Below are positions 51,901 through 62,388 of a stretch of DNA of 64,000 nt, one piece after another. The DNA is from Torpedo marmorata (taxonomy: Eukaryota), in contig OZ360223.1 in the NCBI GenBank assembly GCA_977017645.1, positions 138,694,001-138,758,000 of the forward strand. Reading direction: 5' to 3'. Numbering within the stretch: position 1 is the stretch's first letter; each line of letters starts with the position of its first letter. The position numbers and the translations under genes are program-made. The notes beneath the pieces are model-generated. The model worked only from the letters and a program-made list of their open reading frames with translations. It did no database searches and had not been told where the DNA came from.

Positions 51901-54900
51901 TAGGAACCTCTGAAGCTGTGCCCTCGAGAATAAAATTCTCCACGTCCTCTTCCCCTATATCCCTGCTCAGGAAACCAGTCACGCTGTTCCCTAACCTCCT
52001 TCCGGTAATTACGTGGATGGAAGCTAGAATCTTTCCGAGCAGGGAACCGGTTTTCAATACGTTGTCTGTCTGAGACTTGATTTTTAACATGTGCTTTCTC
52101 TTGCCTTTCATCTTTTGGTGTTTGAATTGAAACAGCTTGATTCTTGTGAGTTTTACCAACTGATGGTGGTTGTGTCATCTCAGATTTATCTGTTGATGAC
52201 TTTGGATCCTGGCCTGCCTTTTTAACCACTGATGTGGAACTGTCCAGAGTAGACTTTTCAGGATCCACTTTAATGACTATTTTATTTGCCTGCACAGGTT
52301 CCCTCCTTTCTGTTTTTGCAGCTCTATTGCCTTTTATTGGAATGGAATGACGTTCATCCTTTTCCTTCCTCTGTTCACGTTCTTCTTTCATATCTCTTAG
52401 AATTGGCTTTTTGATTGGACCAGAACGTCGCACTGGCCTCATGTGGCCTTCATCTCTCCTACTAGAACCAGGTCTAGGACCCCAACGTGTGTCATACCTG
52501 GACTCTCTCCTAAATGTCTTCTCAGTCTTTACTGATTCAAATGATTTACTTTCTCTTTTTGGTTTTTCATCAGGTTTGTCCAGGTGATCTTTTGGTTCAG
52601 TTGCCCGGTTTTGTATTTTAATTGCATTTGGCAGAGAATCAGTCTTCTGATCCTCCAACTTCAGTGAATGGTTAGATCCGTGGGACAGGTTTCTTTTTAA
52701 AACTGTCCGGGCTTCTCCACGTGATATTGGCTCCTCCTGTGAGCCACGGCTCAAACCTGAATCAACAGATTCCAAATTTACAGGATCAGCTACTTTTTCA
52801 ACTTGAATAGAATGCGTATCTTCCATTGATTTGCTCGCAAACTTCCCCTTTTCATCATTTGCCTTATCCCTGAAGAGTTCATGGTTCAAATGTGAGGACA
52901 TCTGTTTCTTTTCTGAGGAGTAGGCAAGCATCTTTCTCTCTTGTTCCACAACTACCTCCGACCTAAGAGAAATAATTGAAGTCATATTTAGTGGCTATTT
53001 TGAATACAAAAACAGTAGAAAAGTTTTCAATCAAACATCGACATATTACATCCATGTCATGAAACTACATTTTATTATTTAGCATACAATTGGCACGATT
53101 TCAATAATGTAGATTTTCTTTGCTCCCCCTTCCTGATGAGCGTGGATAGCACGTGAGCTTGAACATTATTGTCTCCTTCAAATTGGCAGCATAATTTCCG
53201 TCTCTCATCTTCATCCAATATCAACTCATAACATACCAGCTGTTGACACTAATGCTTGGAAACAGAAAATGAAATGGATTTTGAAGCACCCTCTCCCCAA
53301 TATCTCCTAGTATGAGAAGGGTTCTTTTGGGTTAAACAACAGTATCTTTATTGTCAGTTTGACAAAATTTAGTACCACCCAAAAATAAAATAAAGCCAGA
53401 TTTGCATGAAACAAGGGTTTTTGAAACCATAAACTTCAGAATAATTACAAGTAATTGAAGTTTATGGGACTTGTACCTCGAAGACTCACCTTAAATCTTT
53501 ACTTTCTTCAACAACTACTGGAGGAGATGGAGCTCGCAGTGGTTCAGTATGAGGATAAGACTCTGATCCCCACACCAATGGAGGCTCCTTAGATTGGATA
53601 GTGTGATCTCTGGCAGGTCTCGATGGGTGGTCAAACGTTTCAGATCCTGAACCAGAACTGTCAATTTGATCTCTTCTCATTAGTTTTGTTGGTATTATAC
53701 CTGCAACACACAAGACCAAAGCAACACTGCTATTCAAATTGATAGTGGTTGTGCTAAATAATAGTCAGTCAAATACAGAAAAGTTTTATTTCTACTACAA
53801 AAAAAACTTGGAAATAATTATACACCTCTGGACTTAATATATTTCCGAAAACAAAGAGCACTGACAAGAATTATTGATATTAATTAAAAGCTACAAGGTT
53901 TTGCCAACATTGAGCTCTTCAACATTTTTTTTTAAATCCTGGATCGTTAACATTTTTCTAAAGGTCAAAATGCACAAATCTCAAGTAATAAAAATACAAA
54001 GCATGAAAAATATGAAACAGAGCAAAAAAAAAAATGCAGACACCAGAAAATGTGAAATAAAAGATCTTGCTGAAAATACTCTGGTCTCTGAAAAGAAAGA
54101 AAATACTTCAGGTGAAATACCCATCGTCAGTTAATGAAAGGTTATTGCCTTAATATTAACCAGTTCTCTCTCCTCTGCGACCCATCTCGGCCCCGGCTGC
54201 CTGCCCTCCAGAGCTCCCTACGCTACCGCCGCCTCCAACCAGTGCCCCGTCCGCCCGCCTGTTGGATCCTCAGCTTCGGCCAACTCCAGCCCTGGCCCCA
54301 GCCGCCGACCCAACGGAGCTCCCGACGCCACGGCCGCCGACCCGAACACTGGCCCCGGCCGCCGACCCGATGGAGCTCCCGACGCCACGACCGCCGACCC
54401 GAACACTGGCCCCAACGCCGACTCAACGGAGCTCCCGACGCCACGGCCGCCAACTCCAGCCCTATCCCCAGCCACCGACCCAACAGGGCTCCCGACGCCA
54501 CGGCTGCTGACCTGAACACTGGCCACGGCCGCCGACTCACTGGAGCTCCTGAAGCCACGGCCGCCGACACAAACCCTGGCCCCCAACCCGACGGAGTTCC
54601 CTACGCCACGGCCGCAAACTCCCGGACCCCGACTACCTACTCACTGGAGCTCCCGACGCTTCGACCGCCGACTCCAGCGTTGACCCAGACCGCCTACCTG
54701 CAGGAGGTCCCGACGCTAATGCCACTGACTCTCACCCGAGCCCCGGCTGCTCTCGGGCAGGAGCTTCCCACGCTGACTCCAACCACGTCTCCCGACACAG
54801 ACTCCCACTGTAGTCCCGATCTCGCTGCTGGATCCCACTTACTCATCCCCCTCACTACTGCTTACCCTTCCCTACCCCCCCTACACCTCTCCCTACTCCA

Positions 54901-57900
54901 TCCCCATCTCCCCCCCCTCTTCTCCCCAACCACCTAACCCTCAGAACCTCATCCCCCTCTCTCTGGTTACCTCCCTCCCCCTTCTGACCTCCCCCTCCCC
55001 CCTCTGACCTCCCCCTCCCCCCTCTGACCTCCCCAACTCCCACCTCCTCCACCTTCCATCTCCACCCTCTGACCTCCCCAACCATCCAAATCCCCCCAAC
55101 ACCCTCCACCACACCGATTCCCGCTCTGACCCCTGCTTGGTCTTTACTATCCCCTCTGACCTTCCCCTCTCTGAGATGGAGTGCTCGGTCCTCAGCAGAG
55201 GCCTCACCTTTGTCCCCCTCCGCCCACACCTAAATGAGTTCCACGCACACCACGATGCCGAACTCTTCTTCCGACGCCAGGCCTAATTCCTCCTCCTGGA
55301 CACCTCGTCCTGGCCAGCTGCCCGCTCTGGACCTTTTTATTTCCAACTGCCGGCGAGACAAACCGTCTCAACTTTACCACCCCCCTCTCGTATTCTAATC
55401 TTACTTCCTCCGAACGCTCTGCCCTCCACTCTCTCCGCAACAATCCCAACCTCACCATCAAACCCGCAGATAAAGGTGGTGCTGTTGTGGTCTGGCGCAC
55501 TGACCTCTACCTTTCTGAGGCCAGATGACAGCTCTCAGACACCTCCTCCTATCTACTCCTCCCACAGGACCCCACCACGGCACATCAAGCCACTGTCTCC
55601 AACACTATCTCCAACCGCATCACCTCTGGTCACCTCCCTCCCACGGCTGCCAACCTCATTGTCTCCCATTCCCGCACTGCTCGTTTCTACCTTCTACCCA
55701 AGAAAGACAAACCTAACCATCCGGGTAGACCCATTGTTTCTGCTTGCTCTTGTCCCACCGAACTAATTTCATCTTACCATGATCCTATCTTTTCTCCCCT
55801 CGTCCAATCCCTCCCCACCTACATCCGCGATACCTCACATGCCCTCCATCTCTTCAATGACTTCAGATTCCCCGAACTGTACCGCCTCATCTTCACGATG
55901 GATGTCCAATCCCTTTATACCTCCATCCCCCATACAGAAGGTCTTAAAGCACTTCGCTTCTTTCTGGACCAGAGATGCGACCAGTCACCATCCACCACTA
56001 CCCTCCTCCGCCTGGCAGAACTTGTCCTCACTTTAAACAACTTCTCCTTTAACTTATCTCACTTCCTCCAAATCAAAGGAGTAGCAATGGGTACCAGCAT
56101 GGGTCCCAGCTACGCCTGCCTGTTTGTGGGCTTTGTGGAGCAATCCATGCTGCAAGCCTACACAGGCAAGACCCCACAACTCTTCCTCTGTTATATCGAT
56201 GACTATAATTGGGGCTGCCTCATGCACCCGCAATGAGCTTGTCAACTTCATCCACTTTGCGGCCAACTTCCACCCCGATCTCAAACTCACCTGGTCCATC
56301 TCCGACAACACTTTCCCCTTCCTGGATCTCTGTCTCCATCTCAGGAAACAAGCTTTCCACTGACATATATTACAAGCCCACTAACTCCCACAACTACCTT
56401 GACTACACTTCCTCACACCCTGTCCCCTGCAAGGATTCTATCACCTTCTCTCGATTTCTCTGTTTCCGCCGCATCTGTTCCCAAGATGAGGTCTTCCAGT
56501 CCAGATCTTCCGAAATGTCTGCCTTCTTCCACAAATGTGGCTTCCCCTCCACCACCATCAACTCAGCCCTCACCCGCATCTCCTCCATTTCCCGCTCATC
56601 TGCCCTGGCCCCCCCGCCCCCAGACGCAACAAACAGAGTCCCCCTTATCCTCAGGACTGATTTACTGCATCCGGTGCTCCCTTTGTGGCCTTCTCTACAT
56701 CAGAGAGACTGGGCGCAGACTGGGAGATCGCTTCGCTGAGCACCTTATCTCAGTCTACAACAGTGACAGAGACCTCCCAGTAGCCAACCATTTCAGTTCT
56801 GTGTCACACTCCCATGTCTGTCCATGGCCTTATTTACTATCCCAGCAAGACCAGCCACAAATTGGAGGAACAACACCTGATTTTCCGTCTGGGCACTCTC
56901 CAACCAGATGGCATTAACATCAACTTTTCCGGTTACTGCTAACCTGCTCTCCTCTTCCCCCTCCCTCCTTCCCTTCCCAGTTCTCCTCCCTCCCTTCACC
57001 TTGCCATCCCTCCTCCCCTTGATCGCTGCTGTCCCCTCCCTTCTCCACCTATCACCTCCTGCCTTTGCGACCACACCTCCCCCCTTACTCTTTTGCTTGG
57101 ATGCCTGCCGACATTTTTCCATACCTTGATGAAGGGCTCAAGCCCGAAGCGTCGGTTATGTATTTTTACCTTTGCTTTATAAAGGACACTGTTTGATTGC
57201 TGAGTTTCTCCAACATTGTGTCTTTTTACTCTCTCCACAAATGCTGCCTAATTTTCTGAATATTTTCAGTACTATTTTGTTCTGTATAAAATATCTAATT
57301 TATGAAACAGTAACTGAACCTCAATTCAAATTTGCTACAGATGCTTTATATAGAATCTATATCTTAAATCTGTTTTTTTAATATAAATATCCACAACCTG
57401 AAAATCCCAGTCCCCTTGAAATGGATTTGTAATTTAACTGGCTAACTATTAATTCACTTTGGATTTTTTTTTTTTTTTTTTTTTTGCTGGTCAGATAGAT
57501 ATACAGTAACTGTTAGCCAGCTATGAAACCATTGACATTCAATATTTAACATCACCGACAAATTTAAACTCTTTCATGCTAGCTTAAAAACAATCTATTC
57601 CTCCCAGCTTTTGAAGTATCATTCCACTCTAAAACTCATCATAACCAAGCTTAATATTGATTCCATGTCCACATTTTCACCAAGAGTTAATACACTGCAA
57701 ACAGAAGCATTTAAAAAATTTCACTCTCTTTTAAAAGCAGTTAAAGAAAATCATGGTTACTTTAAATACTAATTGGAGCTGCTTACAAATTACTAACCAG
57801 GGTGAATTTGTGCCATGTCCATTGGTGGCCTTCCAGACATAATACGTGGATCCAAATAGGATTGCATCATGATCCAACGTGGATCAAATCCCATTGAAGC

Positions 57901-60767
57901 CAAGTGCTGATGATGAGGAGCCAAGGATGCCTGATATATAGGCCTGTGTTGTGGTGGGGGTGGCACAGAAGCTCCAGAAGGCTGAGGCTTGGCTTGGGTC
58001 TGGGTTTGAGACTGAGCTGGAGTTTGGGATTGTGCAGGTTGATGGATGCCTGATGGTTGCTGCTGCCACTGTTGCTGCTGCTTCATCTGCTCCTGAAAAG
58101 AAAAAAAAAAAATTTGAGCTACGAATTTTTGAAGATAAACAATCATTCAGCATTGATAAAGATGGATGCTACAAAACAGAAAAATGCTGGAAACTCTCAG
58201 CAAGCCAGAAAGCAACTATAGAAAGAGAAACATTAGGCCTTTTCACACTGCCGAGTGTATGTGGGCAGACCGTCCAATTTCCCGGGAACTTACCTGTAAA
58301 ACGTCCAGTCTGAAAAGGCCCAACCTTGTATGGCAGGTCAAAATCGACCGGACTCCGAGACCTAGTCGGGGGGTACGCTCGAAGCCCAGCCGAGTTAACC
58401 CAGCAGCCGTCCTCTGGCGGTCTGAAAAAGCAAATGGCTCACCCAGTAATATAACTGACGTCACCGCCTGCGTGCTTGCGTCACATTCAAGATTCAATTT
58501 ATTGTCATAGTAATAAAACAGTGTCATATTCCATGAAATTTATTTTTGCCTGCTGCAAGGCAGACAGATTCGCCACCGGCAGAAATTGCCTAAGCGCCAC
58601 TAACATTCCTTACAGTCAGAGAAAGAGAAGCAAAAGAGAGTCCCCCCCAGAGTCACTGAGTGTCCGTAGATTCGCCTCCAGCGCTTCCGCAGCCACACTG
58701 AGTCCAGTCCAAACCATCGGCAACCTGAGCTCCAGATCCGAACCTCCGACACGGTCAGGATCCCTTCAGCGCCCTCGGCACCCCCTCGCATCCCGGTTCC
58801 GATACCTGGTACTCCTCCAGCCAGTTCGAGCCAGTCTCCAGTAGTCCGCAGTCTCCATCAGCCCACAGCCTCTGCGGGTTCCTTGCCTCGAGTCGCCAGC
58901 AGCCCACCGCACGCACTGGTCCTTCAGCCTCAGAGCCCCTCACTGGTCCACCACCGTGGCCACTGTCCCGTGAGTCGTCTCCTCCGCTTCTCCTTCTCAG
59001 AAGGGGGGGGGGGGAGGGGGGGTGTGATCTTTCCGTCCTCTGGTGCGCTGCTCCAGTCCTCCGCTTCCTCGGAGTCTGCAGCCCCTCGTGGCTACTGCCA
59101 ATTAATAAGCGCTGCCACCTTGGGCGCAGACCCCGCGGCCACGAGATCTCAAATAAAGCCACCGTTGGCTCCCTCAATGGGCTGTTCAAAGCCCGTGGGG
59201 AGCTGACAGCAGTCGACTGGGCGGCTGGACCCCGTGGGAGCGCTGCATCTCCGCTCCCTTGAAATAAGAGATACAACAATATAAATGTTACTTTAACGAT
59301 GCCAAAGGGAACTAAGCCACAATATTAAAAGTATTTTAAAATTGAAAAACTTGCAGCTTACCGAAATCAAAAAACGGGCCCGCTCAGGGCGGCGGCGGCT
59401 CAATGTGGGATCAATGGCCGTCTTCGTTACCCATAATCCCCCACGCAGCTGGAACCGCTCTGCGTTTCCCTGGCGCTGGCAAAGTGGCAGAGCGTTTCCA
59501 GCTGCGTGGGGGATTATGGGTGACGATGACGACCATTGATCCCGCATTGAGCCGCCGCCCTGAGCGGGCCCGTTGTTTTTTGATTTCGGTAAGCTACAAG
59601 TTTTTCAATTTTAAAATACTTTTAATATTGTGGCTTAGTTCCCTTTGGTATCGTTAAAGTAACATTTATATTGTTGTATCTCTTATTTCTATTGTTATGG
59701 GTTTTATGTGACGCAAGCACGCAGGCGCTGACGTCAGTAATCTTACCAGGTAAGCCATTTGCTTTTTCAGACCGCCAGAAGACGGTTGCCGGGTTAACTC
59801 GTCCGGGCTCCGAGAGTACCCCCGACTAGGTCTCGGAGCCCGGTCGGTTTTGACCTGCCATGCAAGGTTGGGCCTTTTCAGACTGCACGTTTTCCAGGTA
59901 AGTTCCCGGGAAATCGGACGGTTTGCCCACAAACACTCGGCGGTGTGAAAAGGCCTAATGTCTCTCAAGAGTTGCTGTCTGACATCTGAGCACTTCTAGC
60001 ATTTTTAGTGTTTATTTCAACTTTCCAGCTTTATTGATTTTCAACGATGCATATTAAATATTCAGAAATGTTGCAGTTTTATCATGTGAATATTCATTTG
60101 CAAATGAAACAGGCAAATCAAATACTGTACATTACTTTTGGCAGATACATCTAAAACTTCCAGGTCAGGTTCAGCATGCTAGCCAAAGAATAACAACTTC
60201 TACGCTAAACTCAAAACTGGATCTCTGACTATGTAATGATTTCCAAGATAAGCTATCCTGATAGAATAACATTGGTTATTTCATTGTAAACCTACATTAT
60301 TTTATATTGTGAAGCTAGGTTTAAAACTGTTAGCAATTTTTTAAATGAGCATTTGGAGACCAGAATTCAAAGGAAAATTGCAAAGTTGGAAAAATGCAAG
60401 ACACTCAAAATCAGCAGCACCAATTTGCACCAGCTTTAAACTCCGCTTCAAAAGTACAAGCAGCTGCCTTGCACCTGAATTTTTGCAGACGATTAGCTAT
60501 TACAAGATTAAAATATCCATAGCACACCAATGCTATTTCATACAAAAGACAACAGAAAATACCAAGTCACTGAAGTTATTAGCTTCTTACCCACCTGTTG
60601 TCGCTGAAATCGTGGCGGCAATGATTTCTGAAACTGCTTTGAGTAACCTGTGGGAGCAGTAGGCCGTGCTTGGGATGCCAAATCAACATCCATATCATTC
60701 GGTGTTTGGGTGATCTCTTTCTCATGAGGAGTACTATCCAGCTGATCAACAGGTTGAGAAGCACTGT
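18138..60767 (-). CDS. PRRC2C: PRRC2C (BAT2-family proline-rich coiled-coil protein), last 23 coding exons, 5'-partial
   Basis: Exons sum to 6290 nt in one frame with GT-AG junctions; LPPRF motifs, RG/RGG tracts, C-terminus [18 protein letters not shown]; adjacent to MYOC as in human. Confidence 0.95.
19269..19502 (-). CDS. PRRC2C: PRRC2C exon
   Basis: [29 protein letters not shown]; 234 nt, phase 0-0. Confidence 0.93.
20230..21010 (-). mobile_element. Highly degraded CR1 fragments
   Basis: [11 protein letters not shown] on the minus strand and other CR1 remnants. Confidence 0.6.
21692..21815 (-). CDS. PRRC2C: PRRC2C exon
   Basis: [27 protein letters not shown]; 124 nt. Confidence 0.93.
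22178..22424 (-). mobile_element. 5'-truncated copy of the non-coding element at 58487-59260
   Basis: Shared TCAAGATTC..TTTATTGTCAT tail and AAAGAGAAGCAAAAGA..CCCCCCAGAGTC body. Confidence 0.8.
22448..23148 (-). mobile_element. Possible solo LTR
   Basis: 700-bp non-coding block of distinct composition with TGTAAT / GTAATA ends; no clear TSD. Confidence 0.3.
23949..24052 (-). CDS. PRRC2C: PRRC2C exon
   Basis: [35 protein letters not shown]; 104 nt. Confidence 0.93.
24224..24439 (-). CDS. PRRC2C: PRRC2C exon
   Basis: [23 protein letters not shown]; 216 nt. Confidence 0.95.
24862..24972 (-). CDS. PRRC2C: PRRC2C exon
   Basis: [37 protein letters not shown]; 111 nt. Confidence 0.93.
25855..26089 (-). 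CDS. PRRC2C: PRRC2C exon
   Basis: [32 protein letters not shown]; 235 nt. Confidence 0.95.
26527..26663 (-). CDS. PRRC2C: PRRC2C exon
   Basis: [22 protein letters not shown]; 137 nt. Confidence 0.93.
26770..27185 (+). mobile_element. Old DeuSINE-like (SacSINE-type) element containing a short tail insertion at about 26949-27005
   Basis: Degenerate tRNA-like head and CAATAAATG..CATATCC..GAA..AATAAA tail; inserted CAAGATTCAAGATTCAATTTATTGTCAT. Confidence 0.45.
28374..28495 (-). CDS. PRRC2C: PRRC2C exon
   Basis: [30 protein letters not shown]; 122 nt; weak AAAAG acceptor. Confidence 0.9.
29266..29469 (-). CDS. PRRC2C: PRRC2C exon
   Basis: [30 protein letters not shown]; 204 nt. Confidence 0.95.
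29796..29982 (-). CDS. PRRC2C: PRRC2C exon
   Basis: [24 protein letters not shown]; 187 nt. Confidence 0.95.
31014..31086. repeat. Isolated inverted repeat (hairpin)
   Basis: Perfect 19-bp arms 31020-31038 and 31062-31080, extendable with mismatches. Confidence 0.9.
32396..32497 (-). CDS. PRRC2C: PRRC2C exon
   Basis: [34 protein letters not shown]; 102 nt. Confidence 0.93.
33017..33109 (-). CDS. PRRC2C: PRRC2C exon
   Basis: [20 protein letters not shown]; 93 nt. Confidence 0.9.
33258..33498 (-). mobile_element. V-domain SINE with a 27-bp tandem duplication at its tail
   Basis: Reverse complement of the 5323 family; TTTAAATTTGA(C/T)CAAAACTCAATCTTT x2. Confidence 0.8.
33879..33908. repeat. 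(TAA)10 microsatellite
   Basis: Read directly. Confidence 0.95.
34636..34775. repeat. Perfect 20-bp tandem repeat x7
   Basis: ATGACCTCATATTTCCATAT, at the edge of a decayed minus-strand CR1 (about 34390-34635). Confidence 0.97.
34909..35148 (-). CDS. PRRC2C: PRRC2C exon
   Basis: [32 protein letters not shown]; 240 nt. Confidence 0.95.
35546..35885 (+). mobile_element. Old V-domain SINE
   Basis: AGAGCTGCTGCTTCACAGCTCC head and GTGGAGTTTG core. Confidence 0.7.
35935..36322 (+). mobile_element. Rex1/Babar-type LINE 3' end
   Basis: [29 protein letters not shown]; tail ATGACAATAAATTCTGATTCTGATTCT. Confidence 0.85.
36663..37805 (-). mobile_element. Rex1/Babar-type LINE RT fragment
   Basis: ORF 36845-37726: [52 protein letters not shown]. 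Confidence 0.9.
38022..38228 (-). CDS. PRRC2C: PRRC2C exon
   Basis: [30 protein letters not shown]; 207 nt. Confidence 0.93.
38745..39070 (+). mobile_element. CR1 3' end
   Basis: Same family as 870-2172 and 43692-44100. Confidence 0.9.
39091..39650 (+). mobile_element. 5'-truncated Penelope-like element (GIY-YIG end plus terminal repeat with hammerhead motif at 39538-39578)
   Basis: [42 protein letters not shown]; possible ATCTA TSD at 39086 and 39651. Confidence 0.9.
40475..40560 (-). CDS. PRRC2C: PRRC2C exon
   Basis: [28 protein letters not shown]; 86 nt. Confidence 0.95.
42002..42380 (-). CDS. PRRC2C: PRRC2C exon
   Basis: [31 protein letters not shown]; 379 nt. Confidence 0.93.
43692..46740 (-). 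mobile_element. CR1 LINE, about 3 kb, decayed (ORF1 end, APE endonuclease, RT, 3' tail)
   Basis: [14 protein letters not shown] (ORF1 esterase end), [19 protein letters not shown] and SDH (endonuclease), [15 protein letters not shown]; many frameshifts. Confidence 0.95.
47408..47562 (-). CDS. PRRC2C: PRRC2C exon
   Basis: [36 protein letters not shown]; 155 nt. Confidence 0.95.
48000..49100. mobile_element. Very degraded Penelope-like remnants in both orientations
   Basis: Residual similarity to 56500-57200. Confidence 0.5.
49619..49824 (-). CDS. PRRC2C: PRRC2C exon
   Basis: [25 protein letters not shown]; 206 nt. Confidence 0.95.
50086..50177 (+). pseudogene. 3'-truncated 5S rRNA-derived sequence (pseudogene or SINE3 head)
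   Basis: GTCTGATCTCAGAAGCTAAGCAGG..GG.CTGGTCAGTACTTGGA-GGGAGAC matches the vertebrate 5S internal control region. Confidence 0.85.
50755..52962 (-). CDS. PRRC2C: PRRC2C large central exon
   Basis: 2208 nt; [21 protein letters not shown] tracts, [38 protein letters not shown]. Confidence 0.97.
53490..53700 (-). CDS. PRRC2C: PRRC2C exon
   Basis: [32 protein letters not shown]; 211 nt. Confidence 0.93.
54174..57228 (+). mobile_element. Penelope-like retroelement, near full length, frameshifted
   Basis: [32 protein letters not shown] (RT); [19 protein letters not shown] (GIY-YIG); CTCTCTCC repeated at 54166-54173 and 57229-57236; hammerhead-like motif at 57120-57160. Confidence 0.95.
54286..54780 (+). 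repeat. Degenerate GC-rich tandem repeat (about 55-60 bp) in the Penelope 5' region
   Basis: Recurring GGAGCTCCCGACGCCACGGCCGCCGAC, about 8 copies. Confidence 0.85.
57798..58092 (-). CDS. PRRC2C: PRRC2C exon
   Basis: [39 protein letters not shown]; 295 nt. Confidence 0.95.
58236..59955. mobile_element. Palindromic (fold-back) MITE with PIF/Harbinger-like termini, interrupted by an insertion
   Basis: TA-GGCCTTTTCACAC...GTGTGAAAAGGCC-TA; arms 58236-58486 plus 59261-59463 pair with 59487-59955. Confidence 0.9.
58487..59260 (-). mobile_element. Non-coding non-LTR element with Rex1-like tail
   Basis: Tail ATGACAATAAATTGAATCTTGA, GC-rich 5' part, no RT ORF; second copy at 22178. Confidence 0.75.
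60595..60767 (-). CDS. PRRC2C: PRRC2C exon (most 5' exon visible)
   Basis: ..[18 protein letters not shown]; 173 nt. Confidence 0.93.
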
Positions 60768-60999
60768 CTGCCAAGAAAAAAAAACCCAAATTGTTTCTTA
60801 CTTTCTGCCTAGTAACCATTGCATGACCTTCCCTTTTTTTCCCTTTCTGCTTCTTCCCTCAACCATCGCTTCCCAATTTCAAAACACTACTATTCATGAA
60901 AGCAGGAAAAGAGAAAAATGAGAGGTTACAGGCATGTTTGTCTTGTATCCATGGCTGAAAGCAATTACTATGAAAGTGATAACAGTTCTTGGAGAAGCA

Positions 61000-62200
61000 T
61001 AACATCATTCAGCAGAGTTTAATGAAAGTGACACAAGAACGTGTAACAAATTTGCTGAGTTCCTTGAAGATGTCACTACCAGGATGGATAAATGGGATTC
61101 GGAGGGTATAGTGGATATTGATTTCCAAAAGGCACAATTAAGTACAATGTAAAAGTTTACTGCGCAAATTGAAGGTCACAGTGTTACAAGTAACAATGTT
61201 ATGCATGGAGGATCTGTTAACAGACAGAAAAAAAAATTATTGGATTAAGAGAATCCAAGTTAGCATTGCAGTTAGCCCAACTATTACATTTCGAATCCAC
61301 CGCTGTAAGGAGCTTGAACGTTCTCCCCGTGTCTTTCTGCTAGGTGCTGCTGTTTCCTCCCATGTTTCAAAGACGTTCGGGATTAGTAGGTTAATTGGTT
61401 CACGTAGGCGTATTTGGGTGGTGCAGGCTTGTGGGCCTGAAGGGCCTGTTACCATGTTGTCTCTCAGAATTAAATTAAATAACCAGGCAATATTCAAGTT
61501 GGCAATCTGTGACTGATAGGGTGCTTCAGTGCTTATGGCTCAGCTAATTTACAATGTATGAAGATTTAAATGAAGGGATTTAAAACAAAAATGTATCAAT
61601 GCTTGATGATAAAAAGGTAGCTGGGAAAGCAAGAGGGGCATTGATTGCAAAAAGAAAATGTTTCTTGTTTTGATAAGATGAAAACAGAGTATAATAGAAA
61701 ATGTGGTTATCTATTATTGAGCAAGAATACAAAAAGCAAAGTATTATTTAAATAGTGCTGGAGTGTTCAATGCTGGTGTACAGTGTGATGCAGACATCAA
61801 CAAAGTTAACATGCAGAAAATAGCAACCAAGAAAGCAAATGAAATGTCTTTAATTTTAATGCAGATGAAGTAGAGGAGCAAGAATGTTTTGCTACAACTG
61901 TACATGGTTGTGTACTGCCTTCGTTAAGGAAAGATGTATTCACCTTAAAGACAGTGCAGGAAAAGTTCCCTCGATTTATTACTGGGAACAGGAAGTTGCC
62001 GTGTAAAAATCTTGGCAAAGTAGTCCCATATTCTCTGGTGTTTAGAAAAGCGAGTGGCGATTTCATCAAATATAATACAGAGGGATTGACAGATGCTGTG
62101 AGAATATTGCCCCGCTGGTCTTGGAATGAGTCTGGTATTGGCAGCTCTGGCTGTCTAAAATCTTATTCAATAATTTGGATAAAGGGATAATATTTCAACT
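61000..62200 (+). mobile_element. Degraded CR1 with a nested V-SINE (about 61260-61480)
   Basis: GATTTCCAAAAGGCA (DFQKA) and other RT remnants; SINE core GTTCTCCCCGTGTCT. Confidence 0.65.
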
Positions 62201-62388
62201 TCTTGTTACAAAACTGGCTGGTAGTGTGGGTTCAAGAAAATTAGAGGGGCTTCAGGGATGCAAAATGAAAATCAACAAATAAGGACGTGACAGATCACAA
62301 AATGAAATCATCCCTTTTGACAATAAAAATAGAAACAACTCTTTAAAATGTTGAAACATATTGGTGTGCAGAAAGACACAAATCACTA

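Noticed and set aside
51061-52159. Antisense and alternate-frame ORFs of 170-180 aa
   Set aside because: Shadows of the large PRRC2C exon
53133-53160. CTGATGA-GCGTG/CACGT hammerhead-like motif on the plus strand
   Set aside because: Followed by GAGC instead of GAAA, no helix I or III, and antisense to the host gene
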